Shown: positions 34,672 through 43,668 of the stretch, piece by piece | Layout of the letters: every line of letters begins with the position of its first letter | Position numbering within the stretch: position 1 is the first letter of the stretch | Origin: a virus | Length of the DNA: 64,000 nt | IMG/VR virus record: IMGVR_UViG_3300020448_000003 | Coordinates: 35,009 to 99,008 of that record | Strand: one strand, 5' to 3' | Notes under the pieces: generated by a model | Seen by the model: only the letters and a program-made list of their open reading frames with translations | Database searches by the model: none | Told to the model about the DNA's origin: nothing | Made by a program: the position numbers and the translations under genes

Positions 34672-37600
34672 ATAACTAACTCTCTAATGTGGATCACTGA
34701 TCCTGTTGCAGGGATCGTTCCAACTGAGAAATCAACAGCATTACCACTAACTGTGTAGTCTACACCTGGTATTTGAGCAACACCGTTTAAGAATACAAGA
34801 ATAGAATAGTGATTATGACCAGGTGATATAGCAAATGATGTAGTAGAACCGTTACCGTTATATACAACACCATTGTTGTTGTTAACAATACCAGTAGCAA
34901 GACTGTATTTATCAGCAGCACCATACTTACCAGTAACATCTAAGTCACCATCAATGAAAGTATTACCACTGATCTTCATTCTATTGGAAGCATCAGGTGC
35001 CATACCAATACCATAATGTGTTATACCTGAGAACCTTTGTGCTGTAATAGGTCCTGTATCAGTCAGTCCAAACTTATACCAGATACCAGTCTGATATATC
35101 CAACCAAGTGACTGACCATAACTCCAATCAATGTTATAGATAATATCACCATCGTTAAATGCCAATGCAGCATCAATATCTGGTTGACCTGTACCGTCAT
35201 CTTCTGCTAGGAACGTTTGCTTTAGTACGGTTCCATCATCGTTCGCATACGTCAACTTAATTGTTTGTATATTTTCTTGTGCAGTAATTCTCTTCTGGAA
35301 TGTAACTGGACCTGAGAATACAGATTCTAATTGGTTGGATGCTCCACCAATTACAGTCAGTTTATCAGTCAGAACAACTTCACTAAATGTTTGGATCGTG
35401 GTTCCCTCTTCACCGACAACGTTTAACTGTGCAATATCCTCGTTGGTAATCTGACCAGTAATCGGGTTAATAACCTGGTTACCAACGTATAGTTCACCGT
35501 CAGAGTTAACACCAGAGTAATATGCAACACCAGCAGATTCTTTCAACGACTGTGATAGTCTGACCTGTTCAGCACTTAGAACTTCAACCTGTGTAGATGG
35601 GAACGCTGTTGAGTAGTTTCCAGGTCCAAATCCAAGATATTCAAACGTATGACCTGATGCTCTAAGAATAGAGTAACGTCTAAGTTCACATAATATAGGT
35701 GCAACTGAGTTATCTACGTTTAATTTTAGTGCAATCTTTCTTTCTTCTTCATCACCTAATCTTGCTGTAACAACAATACTGTTAAGGGTATTAGATGTAG
35801 TATTATATCCTAAATTATTTTCTTGTTCTAATAAGAAGAACTGTGCAGTCTCTTTACTAATTGATAGTTTTGTATCTTCATTAGGTGTAGGTGATGCACC
35901 GTCAGTCGTTGTAACTTTACCAAGAACATCATTGTCAGCGACTGATACTGCTGGTGCAGGGTCAGCAACTGGATTGTCTCTATCAAATGTAGGATAAACA
36001 TCCACTGCATACTGTGAAAACGCAAAGTCATCAAAGTTAGATGTAGATGGTGATACTGAAGCATTAAGTATAGTTAGATAATAGATACCATCTGCTGTAC
36101 CACGTTCAAATGCTTGATATACTTCTACTTCATAGATGTAATATGTTTTATCAAATGCTGGTGAGTTTGTTTCTGATGATCTAGGTTGTACAACGAAACC
36201 AGTGATAGGTTCTCTAGGTATAGGGAAAGCATCCTTATCAAGAACATATCTAAATCTATAAATTCTATCCTTAAGGTCTCTTGCGTCGGGTACTCTTCGG
36301 ATGAATGTAGTAGGTGTAAATCCTAGGTTTTGATATTGACTGTTTGCAATCAAAGTTGTATATATGTCGTTGTTTGCACTATCAACCTGTATATACCAGT
36401 TTGATTGGTTTGTATCATACTTCAATGGTGATTCATCGTCACCAGGTGATGTACCTGTGACTGTAGCACCTGATGGATCTATTTTTGCAGAGTGTGTTGT
36501 AGGTGCACTTGCTCCTGCTGCTATTAACAATACGTTAACTTTATCTGGTAACGTGGGTGAGTCTCTTCTTGCTCCAACAGTATAACCCTGTATCTTTGAG
36601 GGTGGTTTTGCATTTTGATTTGTATATCCATACAAGAATAGTTTTGTTGGGTCTGCTGCTGCTCTTATCTTAGAAATATCTAAAGTAACCCAGTTAATAG
36701 AGATCTCTGGTACGTCTGAAATATCTTTTGGTGGTATTATATGTGTTATCTGTCCTGCTTTGTCTTTTGTAAATGATGCAGACTTAAATCCTGTACTTCT
36801 AAGTGAGGTGTTACCAAAGTTTGAGTTAGAGTTGGTAATTGATAAGTCACCACCACTCTTACTAAAGAAGTGATCACCAAATCCAACAGCGAACACAGAA
36901 ACGACCTGAATGAAAGCATCGTTTGATGCGAATATATGTCTATGTCTCCAACCTTTTCTATATTTACATAGTCCATTGATATGTGCACCTGACCCTGCTG
37001 CTTGTGCTTCATAGTTACCTGTTGATGGGTTATATAAAACGAAAGCACGGTCATCTTTTTGCAGTGATATACCAGTAAACTGTGCCACAACCATTGATTT
37101 GAAACCAGTGGCAAGTGCTCCATCTGCGTGCATACCGTTGATTCCCCATACAGAACGGAGTGAACAGTTGAACACATATGGTGATGCTGAGTCAACAGTG
37201 TCGATCTCAACTTTAACTAAGACGTTAGAACCTATGGCATTACCACTAGGTTCCGAACTCATTTGATACGTAAACTGGTTTCCCTGTGCAGAGGTAACGA
37301 GGAATGATCCATTATATAAATTGGAATCTGCCTCTGTTGGACCTGTTACACCAGAGATATTAACAGCAACACCCACAGAGAAACCGTGGTTAACAGGATT
37401 ATCCTGGATATCCACAGTAAACGCTGTTGCTGTCTGTCCATTACGTATGATTTGGGATACTCTAAATTCATCTGAAATAGGACCTACAATACGGTTTTCT
37501 TCAACTCTTGCTTGTAATTGGTCTTGTGCTATAGTTCCAGAGGAATCTGGGATTGTAGCGTATGCTTTTGAAATCTTCTGGTAATAAAGATCCAAGTCAG

Positions 37601-38243
37601 CACTATTTGCATATTCAAAGCAAGTTATTTTATGGTGAGAGAAGTTTGGTGCAACTGTATCTACAACGTCAGGACGATAGTAAACACCGTTGTTATCTCC
37701 ATCAAAGAATGACATCTGCCAAAAATAACAACCACCAGTCAATCTGAAGATTGCAGACGTAGTAGGTTCGTTAGCTGATGTGATACCAAGTGATGCTTGT
37801 AGTGTAGGATATGGTACATACTTTGGTATGATCTTAGTTCTTCTAAGGTCAGATCCAACAACAGAAACACCCCTTGGGCAGATAATACCACCGTTAACAG
37901 AGTTGAATTTGTATAGGATATTGTTAGGTGAAGTTAAATCAAAGTTTGTATTCTCATCAAATGGTGTGATGTCACCATATAATGCACTACCTGGTCTGTT
38001 ATCTAAAACGTATTCTGATGGATATAGGTATATACTAAATGCGTCAAATTCGTCATTAGAAAGACCAACACGATAAGAGAATCTAGCCACTTCAAGAAAT
38101 GCTCGTTGCAATGTCTTGAATGGTCTTAATGCCGAGTTACCTCGGTTATCATAAGCATCGGATGCGTCAAAGTCATCAGGGTTGACGTATATAATACGAC
38201 CTGTCCTTGATGTAATAATATTCTTTAGACGGGTTAATGCCAT
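34668..38243 (-). CDS. Conserved cyanophage virion structural protein (1191 aa, beta-helix-like N-terminus)
   Basis: IIYVNPDDFDASD..NRGNSALRPFKTLQRA, SPYVFNCSLRSVWG, HTFEYLGFGPGNYSTAFP; C-terminal VFLNGVAQIPGVDYTVSG repeat. Confidence 0.75.
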   Translation of the reverse strand: MALTRLKNIITSRTGRIIYVNPDDFDASDAYDNRGNSALRPFKTLQRAFLEVARFSYRVGLSNDEFDAFSIYLYPSEYVLDNRPGSALYGDITPFDENTNFDLTSPNNILYKFNSVNGGIICPRGVSVVGSDLRRTKIIPKYVPYPTLQASLGITSANEPTTSAIFRLTGGCYFWQMSFFDGDNNGVYYRPDVVDTVAPNFSHHKITCFEYANSADLDLYYQKISKAYATIPDSSGTIAQDQLQARVEENRIVGPISDEFRVSQIIRNGQTATAFTVDIQDNPVNHGFSVGVAVNISGVTGPTEADSNLYNGSFLVTSAQGNQFTYQMSSEPSGNAIGSNVLVKVEIDTVDSASPYVFNCSLRSVWGINGMHADGALATGFKSMVVAQFTGISLQKDDRAFVLYNPSTGNYEAQAAGSGAHINGLCKYRKGWRHRHIFASNDAFIQVVSVFAVGFGDHFFSKSGGDLSITNSNSNFGNTSLRSTGFKSASFTKDKAGQITHIIPPKDISDVPEISINWVTLDISKIRAAADPTKLFLYGYTNQNAKPPSKIQGYTVGARRDSPTLPDKVNVLLIAAGASAPTTHSAKIDPSGATVTGTSPGDDESPLKYDTNQSNWYIQVDSANNDIYTTLIANSQYQNLGFTPTTFIRRVPDARDLKDRIYRFRYVLDKDAFPIPREPITGFVVQPRSSETNSPAFDKTYYIYEVEVYQAFERGTADGIYYLTILNASVSPSTSNFDDFAFSQYAVDVYPTFDRDNPVADPAPAVSVADNDVLGKVTTTDGASPTPNEDTKLSISKETAQFFLLEQENNLGYNTTSNTLNSIVVTARLGDEEERKIALKLNVDNSVAPILCELRRYSILRASGHTFEYLGFGPGNYSTAFPSTQVEVLSAEQVRLSQSLKESAGVAYYSGVNSDGELYVGNQVINPITGQITNEDIAQLNVVGEEGTTIQTFSEVVLTDKLTVIGGASNQLESVFSGPVTFQKRITAQENIQTIKLTYANDDGTVLKQTFLAEDDGTGQPDIDAALAFNDGDIIYNIDWSYGQSLGWIYQTGIWYKFGLTDTGPITAQRFSGITHYGIGMAPDASNRMKISGNTFIDGDLDVTGKYGAADKYSLATGIVNNNNGVVYNGNGSTTSFAISPGHNHYSILVFLNGVAQIPGVDYTVSGNAVDFSVGTIPATGSVIHIRELVI

Positions 38244-38264
38244 TCTCTAGTATCCTCTTGTTTC

Positions 38265-38271
38265 TATTTAG
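38265..38271 (-). promoter_or_regulatory. Late promoter variant CTAAATA
   Basis: Upstream of the 38243 start and its GAGG RBS. Confidence 0.55.
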
Positions 38272-38277
38272 ATGTCG

Positions 38278-40191
38278 TTATGGGTTGGGGTTTTGAGCAC
38301 CACCTTGTCCACCAGCAGCAGATGCGTCAGTCTGATTATAGTGTACTGTGTCGTAGTCACTTACAGTATTTTCAAAACCATTAACTTGGAATGATAAGTT
38401 TGCAGATCCAGCATATACAATTAAATGTGAGTTAGGACCTATCACAACACCTTTATGCTCATTAGTACCATTGGCACCTAAAGCATAATCATAGTAAATG
38501 TAATCCTCAGTAAGAAGATCGGTTGCACCAGTAACAGAAGAAACTGTTGCAGTTGTTCTATCTGCTCCTTGTGCAGTTGGTGTATCAACAAATGTGTCCG
38601 ACCCTGCAAATGCAGCAGAACCAGCACCTAATGTTACATAGAGTTTCGTGTCACTATACTTTGCAACATAACCATACTTACCACCTGTGACTGTACCAAC
38701 AGTCAGTGTAGATGTACCAATTAAGAATGTATCACCAGTGACCCAAGTACCTTTTGGATCGTAAACAAGTATCTCTGTAAATAATGGATCTTGAACAACA
38801 GTGATTGACTGTGAATAGTTAGTAACTGATGCTGTAGATGCAGTACCTTCAGCATAATAATATAGAGGGTTTGGTGTGGTAGATGTTGGAACTATTTGAA
38901 TCGTTCCGTTTGAACCAGCAGTACCAGTTTTAGTAACACCTGTTGTATATTCAGTACCAGCAGTAGGTGTTGCACCTGTACCTTCCTGTATATCAGAGAA
39001 TCTTAATGGTAAACCTGTGTTAGTTGAGTCAGACTGATCAAAGAGATAGGTACGATCAACATCCATTGAGAAACCAGAGGGATCAAGTTCTCTTCCAGCG
39101 ACTGTACCCCACGCAAAACCTGTGATGTACAATGCACTTGATGTAGGACTGAATTGTGTATCTACAGTTGCGTTTGTTGTACCACCTGTAAGTTGCTCTG
39201 CACCATCAAACCACTGAATCTGAACCTGTTGTCCTTGTGTCAATGGTGTGACTGTTGAACCATCAGCGTGTTGTGCATCTGTAGTTCCCCACTGTGCTCT
39301 TGTAACTGTAAGGTCATTACCAGTAACGTTAGTTACCTGTAAAACCTCGTTGTTAACACGGATCAATGATCCAGATACAACAGCAGTTCCATCTGTGACT
39401 GATAATGTTGTGTCACCAGCAGCGAATGGTGCACCTTCGTTTATAGTTGTAGTTGTAGTTGCTTCTGTAAATAAACTTACGTATTGACCTGGTTTGTGAG
39501 CAGCAGCACTTGTACCCCATTGTGCTCTTGTCACAGGAACGTTTGCTCCACCTGTTGTACCACTATAGAAAACTGGTGTACCACTGAGCAGGACTTCAGC
39601 GTTAGCAGTTCCATCTGATAAAACAAAGTATGATGCGTTAGCAGCACTAACTCCATCAGAAAACTTAAGGTTGGTTACACCTGTGCCAATGTCTGCTGCT
39701 TCTATTGTCATAGATGCAGTACCAAGACCTCTAAATGTTGCAGAAAAACTAGATGTTCCACCAGTAACAGTTTCACCACCTTGGAAAGTTCCAACTGCAC
39801 CAGCAACGTTACATTGAACTGATGTGGTTGTTAGAACCTTAACGTAGTTTGTGATAGTTGCAGTAGATATAACTGCGTCAAATAACTTTGCACTCTTTGC
39901 TTTGTCTGAACTGACAATTTCTAAACCAGGTGTGACTGTTCCTCTACTTACACCAGGTGCAATTTCTATTTTATATGATGATACTGGATTACCACGTGCA
40001 AACTTGTACGTGTTAGCATCCATTGTTAATTCTTGTGTATAGTCTTTGTGACCAATACGATATGTTGTAGCACTGTTACCTCTATCTGCGACTTGTAACA
40101 CCGTAGTTGCTGTAGTGTCAACGTCTGTAGAATAAAGGACTGATGCTGTAGTTGCTGCGGGGGCTAAAGCAGCTAGTTTTCCTGCTGTCAT
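38278..40191 (-). CDS. Virion structural protein (Thr/Gly-rich; VTRAQWGT..AH repeats; YLFDQSDSTN..LRFS..LYYY cupredoxin-like module)
   Basis: Composition and repeats; structural cluster. Confidence 0.7.
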   Translation of the reverse strand: MTAGKLAALAPAATTASVLYSTDVDTTATTVLQVADRGNSATTYRIGHKDYTQELTMDANTYKFARGNPVSSYKIEIAPGVSRGTVTPGLEIVSSDKAKSAKLFDAVISTATITNYVKVLTTTSVQCNVAGAVGTFQGGETVTGGTSSFSATFRGLGTASMTIEAADIGTGVTNLKFSDGVSAANASYFVLSDGTANAEVLLSGTPVFYSGTTGGANVPVTRAQWGTSAAAHKPGQYVSLFTEATTTTTINEGAPFAAGDTTLSVTDGTAVVSGSLIRVNNEVLQVTNVTGNDLTVTRAQWGTTDAQHADGSTVTPLTQGQQVQIQWFDGAEQLTGGTTNATVDTQFSPTSSALYITGFAWGTVAGRELDPSGFSMDVDRTYLFDQSDSTNTGLPLRFSDIQEGTGATPTAGTEYTTGVTKTGTAGSNGTIQIVPTSTTPNPLYYYAEGTASTASVTNYSQSITVVQDPLFTEILVYDPKGTWVTGDTFLIGTSTLTVGTVTGGKYGYVAKYSDTKLYVTLGAGSAAFAGSDTFVDTPTAQGADRTTATVSSVTGATDLLTEDYIYYDYALGANGTNEHKGVVIGPNSHLIVYAGSANLSFQVNGFENTVSDYDTVHYNQTDASAAGGQGGAQNPNP

Positions 40192-40197
40192 TTTGTT

Positions 40198-41523
40198 TTA
40201 CCAGAGTCCTGCGAAATGATTTTGTAGTCTGAGTCTGCCACCAAAGTCAGGAGCAGCGATGGAACCACCGAAACTAATCGCTAATGTTCCAACGTTATCA
40301 GTTGATAAGAGAGTTGCGTCTGAGTTGGGGAATCTAATGGTTTTAGTTCCTGTTATATTATCTAGGGCGAAATTAACCTTGTTTTGATCATTCGTACTAT
40401 CAATTAACTGGAATTCAACAGCAGACTTATTCTCAAAGACTTGTTGTGCTTTTTCTGTTACAACTTTATTAATGTCATTAAGTTCAACATTAAGGTTAGT
40501 TGCTGGAAAAGCGAACTTTAATAATGTAGTAGCACTAATGTCCGACAAATCGAACTGAATACGTTTAGTAACGTCAGTGCCATCTGCAAATCTAGGATCT
40601 GCATACTCTTTGTTCTTAAATACCTGTGTTGCTTCAGTTCCTGCAACAGTCAGAGACTGGTCAGGGAAAGTAACAATACGGTTTGAAGTAACATCTCCAG
40701 ATTGGAAAGTGACCTTTGGTGTAGGATTATCTGGATCACCCGATTCAATATTAGATATTGAGGGATTAATTAAGTTCTTATTAGTTATATTCTGTTCTGT
40801 TATCGTATCAATCAGCGTTGACTGTCCTGCTGAAGTACCATAGTCAGGCAATCTATAGATATGCGTAACAGGTGCTTCCCAAGAGTCAGTTTCAAACAGT
40901 GCTATCTTACCAGCATTTGATGATCCGACAATTTGTAAGTTACCATCTTGTATGATGATAGTCTTGTTACTTAACGTTTGTGAAGTGTCATTACCCACAA
41001 GAGTTGTAGATGTGAAACTTCCTGTACTTGGTAGAGCAAAAGATCTAATTCCAGCACCAGTAGATACACCAGATATTTCAAACTTTGCTTTCTTATCAGG
41101 GTTCTGATCGTCTGCTAAGAAGAAACTGACATCCTGAAATTCAGCAGGTCCGTTGACAAGGAACTTTCCAGATCCCTGTGGTCTCATATCTATGTTTACG
41201 TTAGATGACGTTGTGTCACCCGCAATCATTCGTATCGTAGCAGATCCGTCAGCGTTATTTTGCTTCTTATAGTACATACTAGATGTACCGAAAGCAATAC
41301 CTAACTCATTATATGCGTCTTGATATAAACCTGTGTCCCTATCCAAATCGAAACATAATCCTGGTTGTGACTGGGATCCTGCTCCAACTCCTTTGAAAAT
41401 CTGATTGATCTTCGCTTTCCTGTTAGGAATCAGTGGGTCTGATATAACGACTGGAAGAATTGCTTCTCCTGTCAATACAGCATCTGCTAGAGTATCTAAT
41501 TGTGAAATTCTTTTTGTTCCCAC
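40198..41523 (-). CDS. Fibre-like structural protein with internal repeats
   Basis: RISQL N-terminus, PGLCFD.D.DTGLY, repeated Q-x-[LIVF]-x-N-K (QTLSNK, QNITNK, QVFKNK, QVFENK). Confidence 0.7.
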   Translation of the reverse strand: MGTKRISQLDTLADAVLTGEAILPVVISDPLIPNRKAKINQIFKGVGAGSQSQPGLCFDLDRDTGLYQDAYNELGIAFGTSSMYYKKQNNADGSATIRMIAGDTTSSNVNIDMRPQGSGKFLVNGPAEFQDVSFFLADDQNPDKKAKFEISGVSTGAGIRSFALPSTGSFTSTTLVGNDTSQTLSNKTIIIQDGNLQIVGSSNAGKIALFETDSWEAPVTHIYRLPDYGTSAGQSTLIDTITEQNITNKNLINPSISNIESGDPDNPTPKVTFQSGDVTSNRIVTFPDQSLTVAGTEATQVFKNKEYADPRFADGTDVTKRIQFDLSDISATTLLKFAFPATNLNVELNDINKVVTEKAQQVFENKSAVEFQLIDSTNDQNKVNFALDNITGTKTIRFPNSDATLLSTDNVGTLAISFGGSIAAPDFGGRLRLQNHFAGLW

Positions 41524-41550
41524 GTACTCAAGCGTTATTTAATACAGTTT

Positions 41551-41558
41551 TATTTATA
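41551..41558 (-). promoter_or_regulatory. T4 late promoter TATAAATA
   Basis: Upstream of GTG 41523. Confidence 0.7.
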
Positions 41559-41778
41559 TCACTTCTTTCTTGGTAAAATATTTTTTGATGACTTCGATCT
41601 GATCGTGGTACTTTGCAATCATATCTAATTCACCTTCTATCGCTTCTACAACGTTAGAATGTTCTCCAATACCAGCAGAATTGTTCAAATATACTTCCAC
41701 GTTAGCAATATGTTTTTGCATATCACCATTAGCGTGTGCCAGTAATGCTTTAATAAGTGTGTCTCTCATAGTGTTCAA
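41554..41778 (-). CDS. Conserved phage hypothetical protein (KHIANVEVYL..GIGEHS)
   Basis: Recognised marine-phage motif; function unknown. Confidence 0.7.
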   Translation of the reverse strand: MNTMRDTLIKALLAHANGDMQKHIANVEVYLNNSAGIGEHSNVVEAIEGELDMIAKYHDQIEVIKKYFTKKEVI

Positions 41779-41801
41779 ATAACTTATATATCATAACATA
41801 T

Positions 41802-42065
41802 TTAATATGGAATGTCTTCATCTTGTACACCTTCTAACAGGTCATTTATCTCAAACACAAGAGGATGACATTCTTCCATAATAAGATACTGACTTATGTG
41901 ATAAAGTTCTTCTAACGTGTATTCGTGAACTTCCTGACACGCTTCTATAAGATCTATATCTGGATTATCAATTTCCTCAAAAGTAAATGGTAGTCCATTA
42001 ATGAACCACATTTGTACACATCCTACATTCTTTAGAATGTGATAGTCTGATGTTACCTTATACAT
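41802..42065 (-). CDS. Hypothetical protein
   Basis: ORF; YLIMEECHP motif. Confidence 0.65.
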   Translation of the reverse strand: MYKVTSDYHILKNVGCVQMWFINGLPFTFEEIDNPDIDLIEACQEVHEYTLEELYHISQYLIMEECHPLVFEINDLLEGVQDEDIPY

Positions 42066-42493
42066 TTTGTAAACCTAAAAGGACCTTTTTCAGAACCCCA
42101 GAGCAACTGTCCATCTTTACGTCCTTTATCTGACGTAATAAACTCATCTTTAGTAAGTTTTGCTTGCGTATCTATTTCAACACCCTCTTTGCTTATCCAT
42201 CCCTTTTCAGTTTGACCTACCCAACCATCAGGTGTTTGTGTCCAGATAGTGTCTGCTGACTTCTCATCACCGTTATATGTTTCTAAGATGATAGAAGTTT
42301 CTGTTTCTATTAGTTTATGTGTTCTTGCTCTGTAGGGTTGTGATTGACCTTGATAGTCATACCATTGCTTTGTATGTAGAACACCGTTTTCCCAATACCA
42401 TAGGTAATGTACATATGCAAAACTAGCGGGTGCTAATTGTGCTTGCTTCAAATTATGCCAGTGATGTACCAGCATATTGGAAAATTGATCCAT
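42053..42493 (-). CDS. cpeT: CpeT/CpcT-type phycobiliprotein lyase
   Basis: W.N..QAQ..P..FAYVH..KQWY..PYR..SDKG..LWGS..GPFRF. Confidence 0.8.
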   Translation of the reverse strand: MDQFSNMLVHHWHNLKQAQLAPASFAYVHYLWYWENGVLHTKQWYDYQGQSQPYRARTHKLIETETSIILETYNGDEKSADTIWTQTPDGWVGQTEKGWISKEGVEIDTQAKLTKDEFITSDKGRKDGQLLWGSEKGPFRFTKCIR

Positions 42494-42502
42494 TGATCTG
42501 AA

Positions 42503-42943
42503 TTATGTATGCTTAAAAATAAATGGAGAAGGTACAACACCCCATTTGACTTTACCACTTCCATCTACTCCTTTGTCCAAAGAAGTAAATGTTTCTGAGT
42601 CTAATGAAATTCTAGACTCAACCTTTATACCGTTATGATCTACCTGACCATCTGTCTTACCAACATATACTCCTGCTTCAGATTCAGTAAATTCTATTGT
42701 AATATTACTTTCAACAATTAAAAGTTGAAGTTTATCTTCACCAGGATATTGAGACAACCAATGAGTTCTTTCTCTATATGTTTCACCGTTCCAATGATAC
42801 CACTGTTTAGATGATAAAATACCATCGTGATTTAAAAACCAATCATAATGTACGTGTGCAAACTGATTTGGTTGACACTGTGCTTGGTGTAGGTTATCCC
42901 ACTTATGAAGTAAACATTTTATAAAATGATTTTTGTCTATCAT
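42503..42943 (-). CDS. cpeT: CpeT/CpcT-type lyase, second copy
   Basis: WDNLHQAQCQP..FAHVH..SKQWY..YRER..SLDKGVD..KWG..PFIF. Confidence 0.75.
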   Translation of the reverse strand: MIDKNHFIKCLLHKWDNLHQAQCQPNQFAHVHYDWFLNHDGILSSKQWYHWNGETYRERTHWLSQYPGEDKLQLLIVESNITIEFTESEAGVYVGKTDGQVDHNGIKVESRISLDSETFTSLDKGVDGSGKVKWGVVPSPFIFKHT

Positions 42944-43227
42944 AGATCATTCATTGCCTCTCTTGTTAAATCTGACGCAAAGTTTGCGACATCAGTTTGT
43001 GGTGGTAGACCTCCAATACCAGATGTAGGTAAAGGTCCTTGATGATACATTGCTGCTTTCTCTTTTTCTCGTAATGCTTCATCAACTTCTGCTGCCTGTG
43101 TATTTGCTACAGGTGTGATAAGAACATTTCCATCGGGAGTTTCTACAACAAAAGGTGTACCCCTTGCTGCTAATTTTAATGTGAAAGCAATATTCTCTAT
43201 TGCTTCTTGTGATGATAATCTATTCAT
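42940..43227 (-). CDS. Hypothetical protein (N-terminus resembles a Phd/YefM-like DNA-binding domain)
   Basis: MNRLSSQEAIENI..L..AARG.PFVV..G.VLI. Confidence 0.5.
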   Translation of the reverse strand: MNRLSSQEAIENIAFTLKLAARGTPFVVETPDGNVLITPVANTQAAEVDEALREKEKAAMYHQGPLPTSGIGGLPPQTDVANFASDLTREAMNDL

Positions 43228-43493
43228 AAAACAAAACACCTCATATCTTCGGGCATAATTTCTTTAATCACTGATACTACCTCTGCAAATCCTTTTGCTC
43301 CATCTTCGTCCCAACTAAACCTAACTTTTTCAATATTCCCATCATCGGTCTGAAGGGAAAGTGTTCTGGTTCTAATGTTGATCCAAACATATGTTAACCA
43401 CTCATTGTGTATGTTGTATGTAGTTTCCATAAGAAAAATAAATGATTCAGCGTTAAGACAATGTAAAATCTCACCGCCTTCTGGTTCTTTCAT
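43224..43493 (-). CDS. Hypothetical protein
   Basis: ORF; start may be 43430. Confidence 0.55.
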   Translation of the reverse strand: MKEPEGGEILHCLNAESFIFLMETTYNIHNEWLTYVWINIRTRTLSLQTDDGNIEKVRFSWDEDGAKGFAEVVSVIKEIMPEDMRCFVL

Positions 43494-43494
43494 T

Positions 43495-43653
43495 CTATCG
43501 TCCCATTAAAGGTACACAAGATATTGCTGTAAAACCTGTTGAGTTTTCAGCAATTTGAATTGCTTCGTTTTTGTCAGCAGCGTTGTCCACCACCCATTCC
43601 AAAGGTGAACTGGCACGAGGTCTACGAAGTCTAACGAGATAGTTGTTTTTCAT
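43495..43653 (-). CDS. Small hypothetical protein (52 aa, MKNNYLVRLRRPRASSPLEW...)
   Basis: Read by hand. Confidence 0.5.
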   Translation of the reverse strand: MKNNYLVRLRRPRASSPLEWVVDNAADKNEAIQIAENSTGFTAISCVPLMGR

Positions 43654-43668
43654 AAACTAAGTATAACA

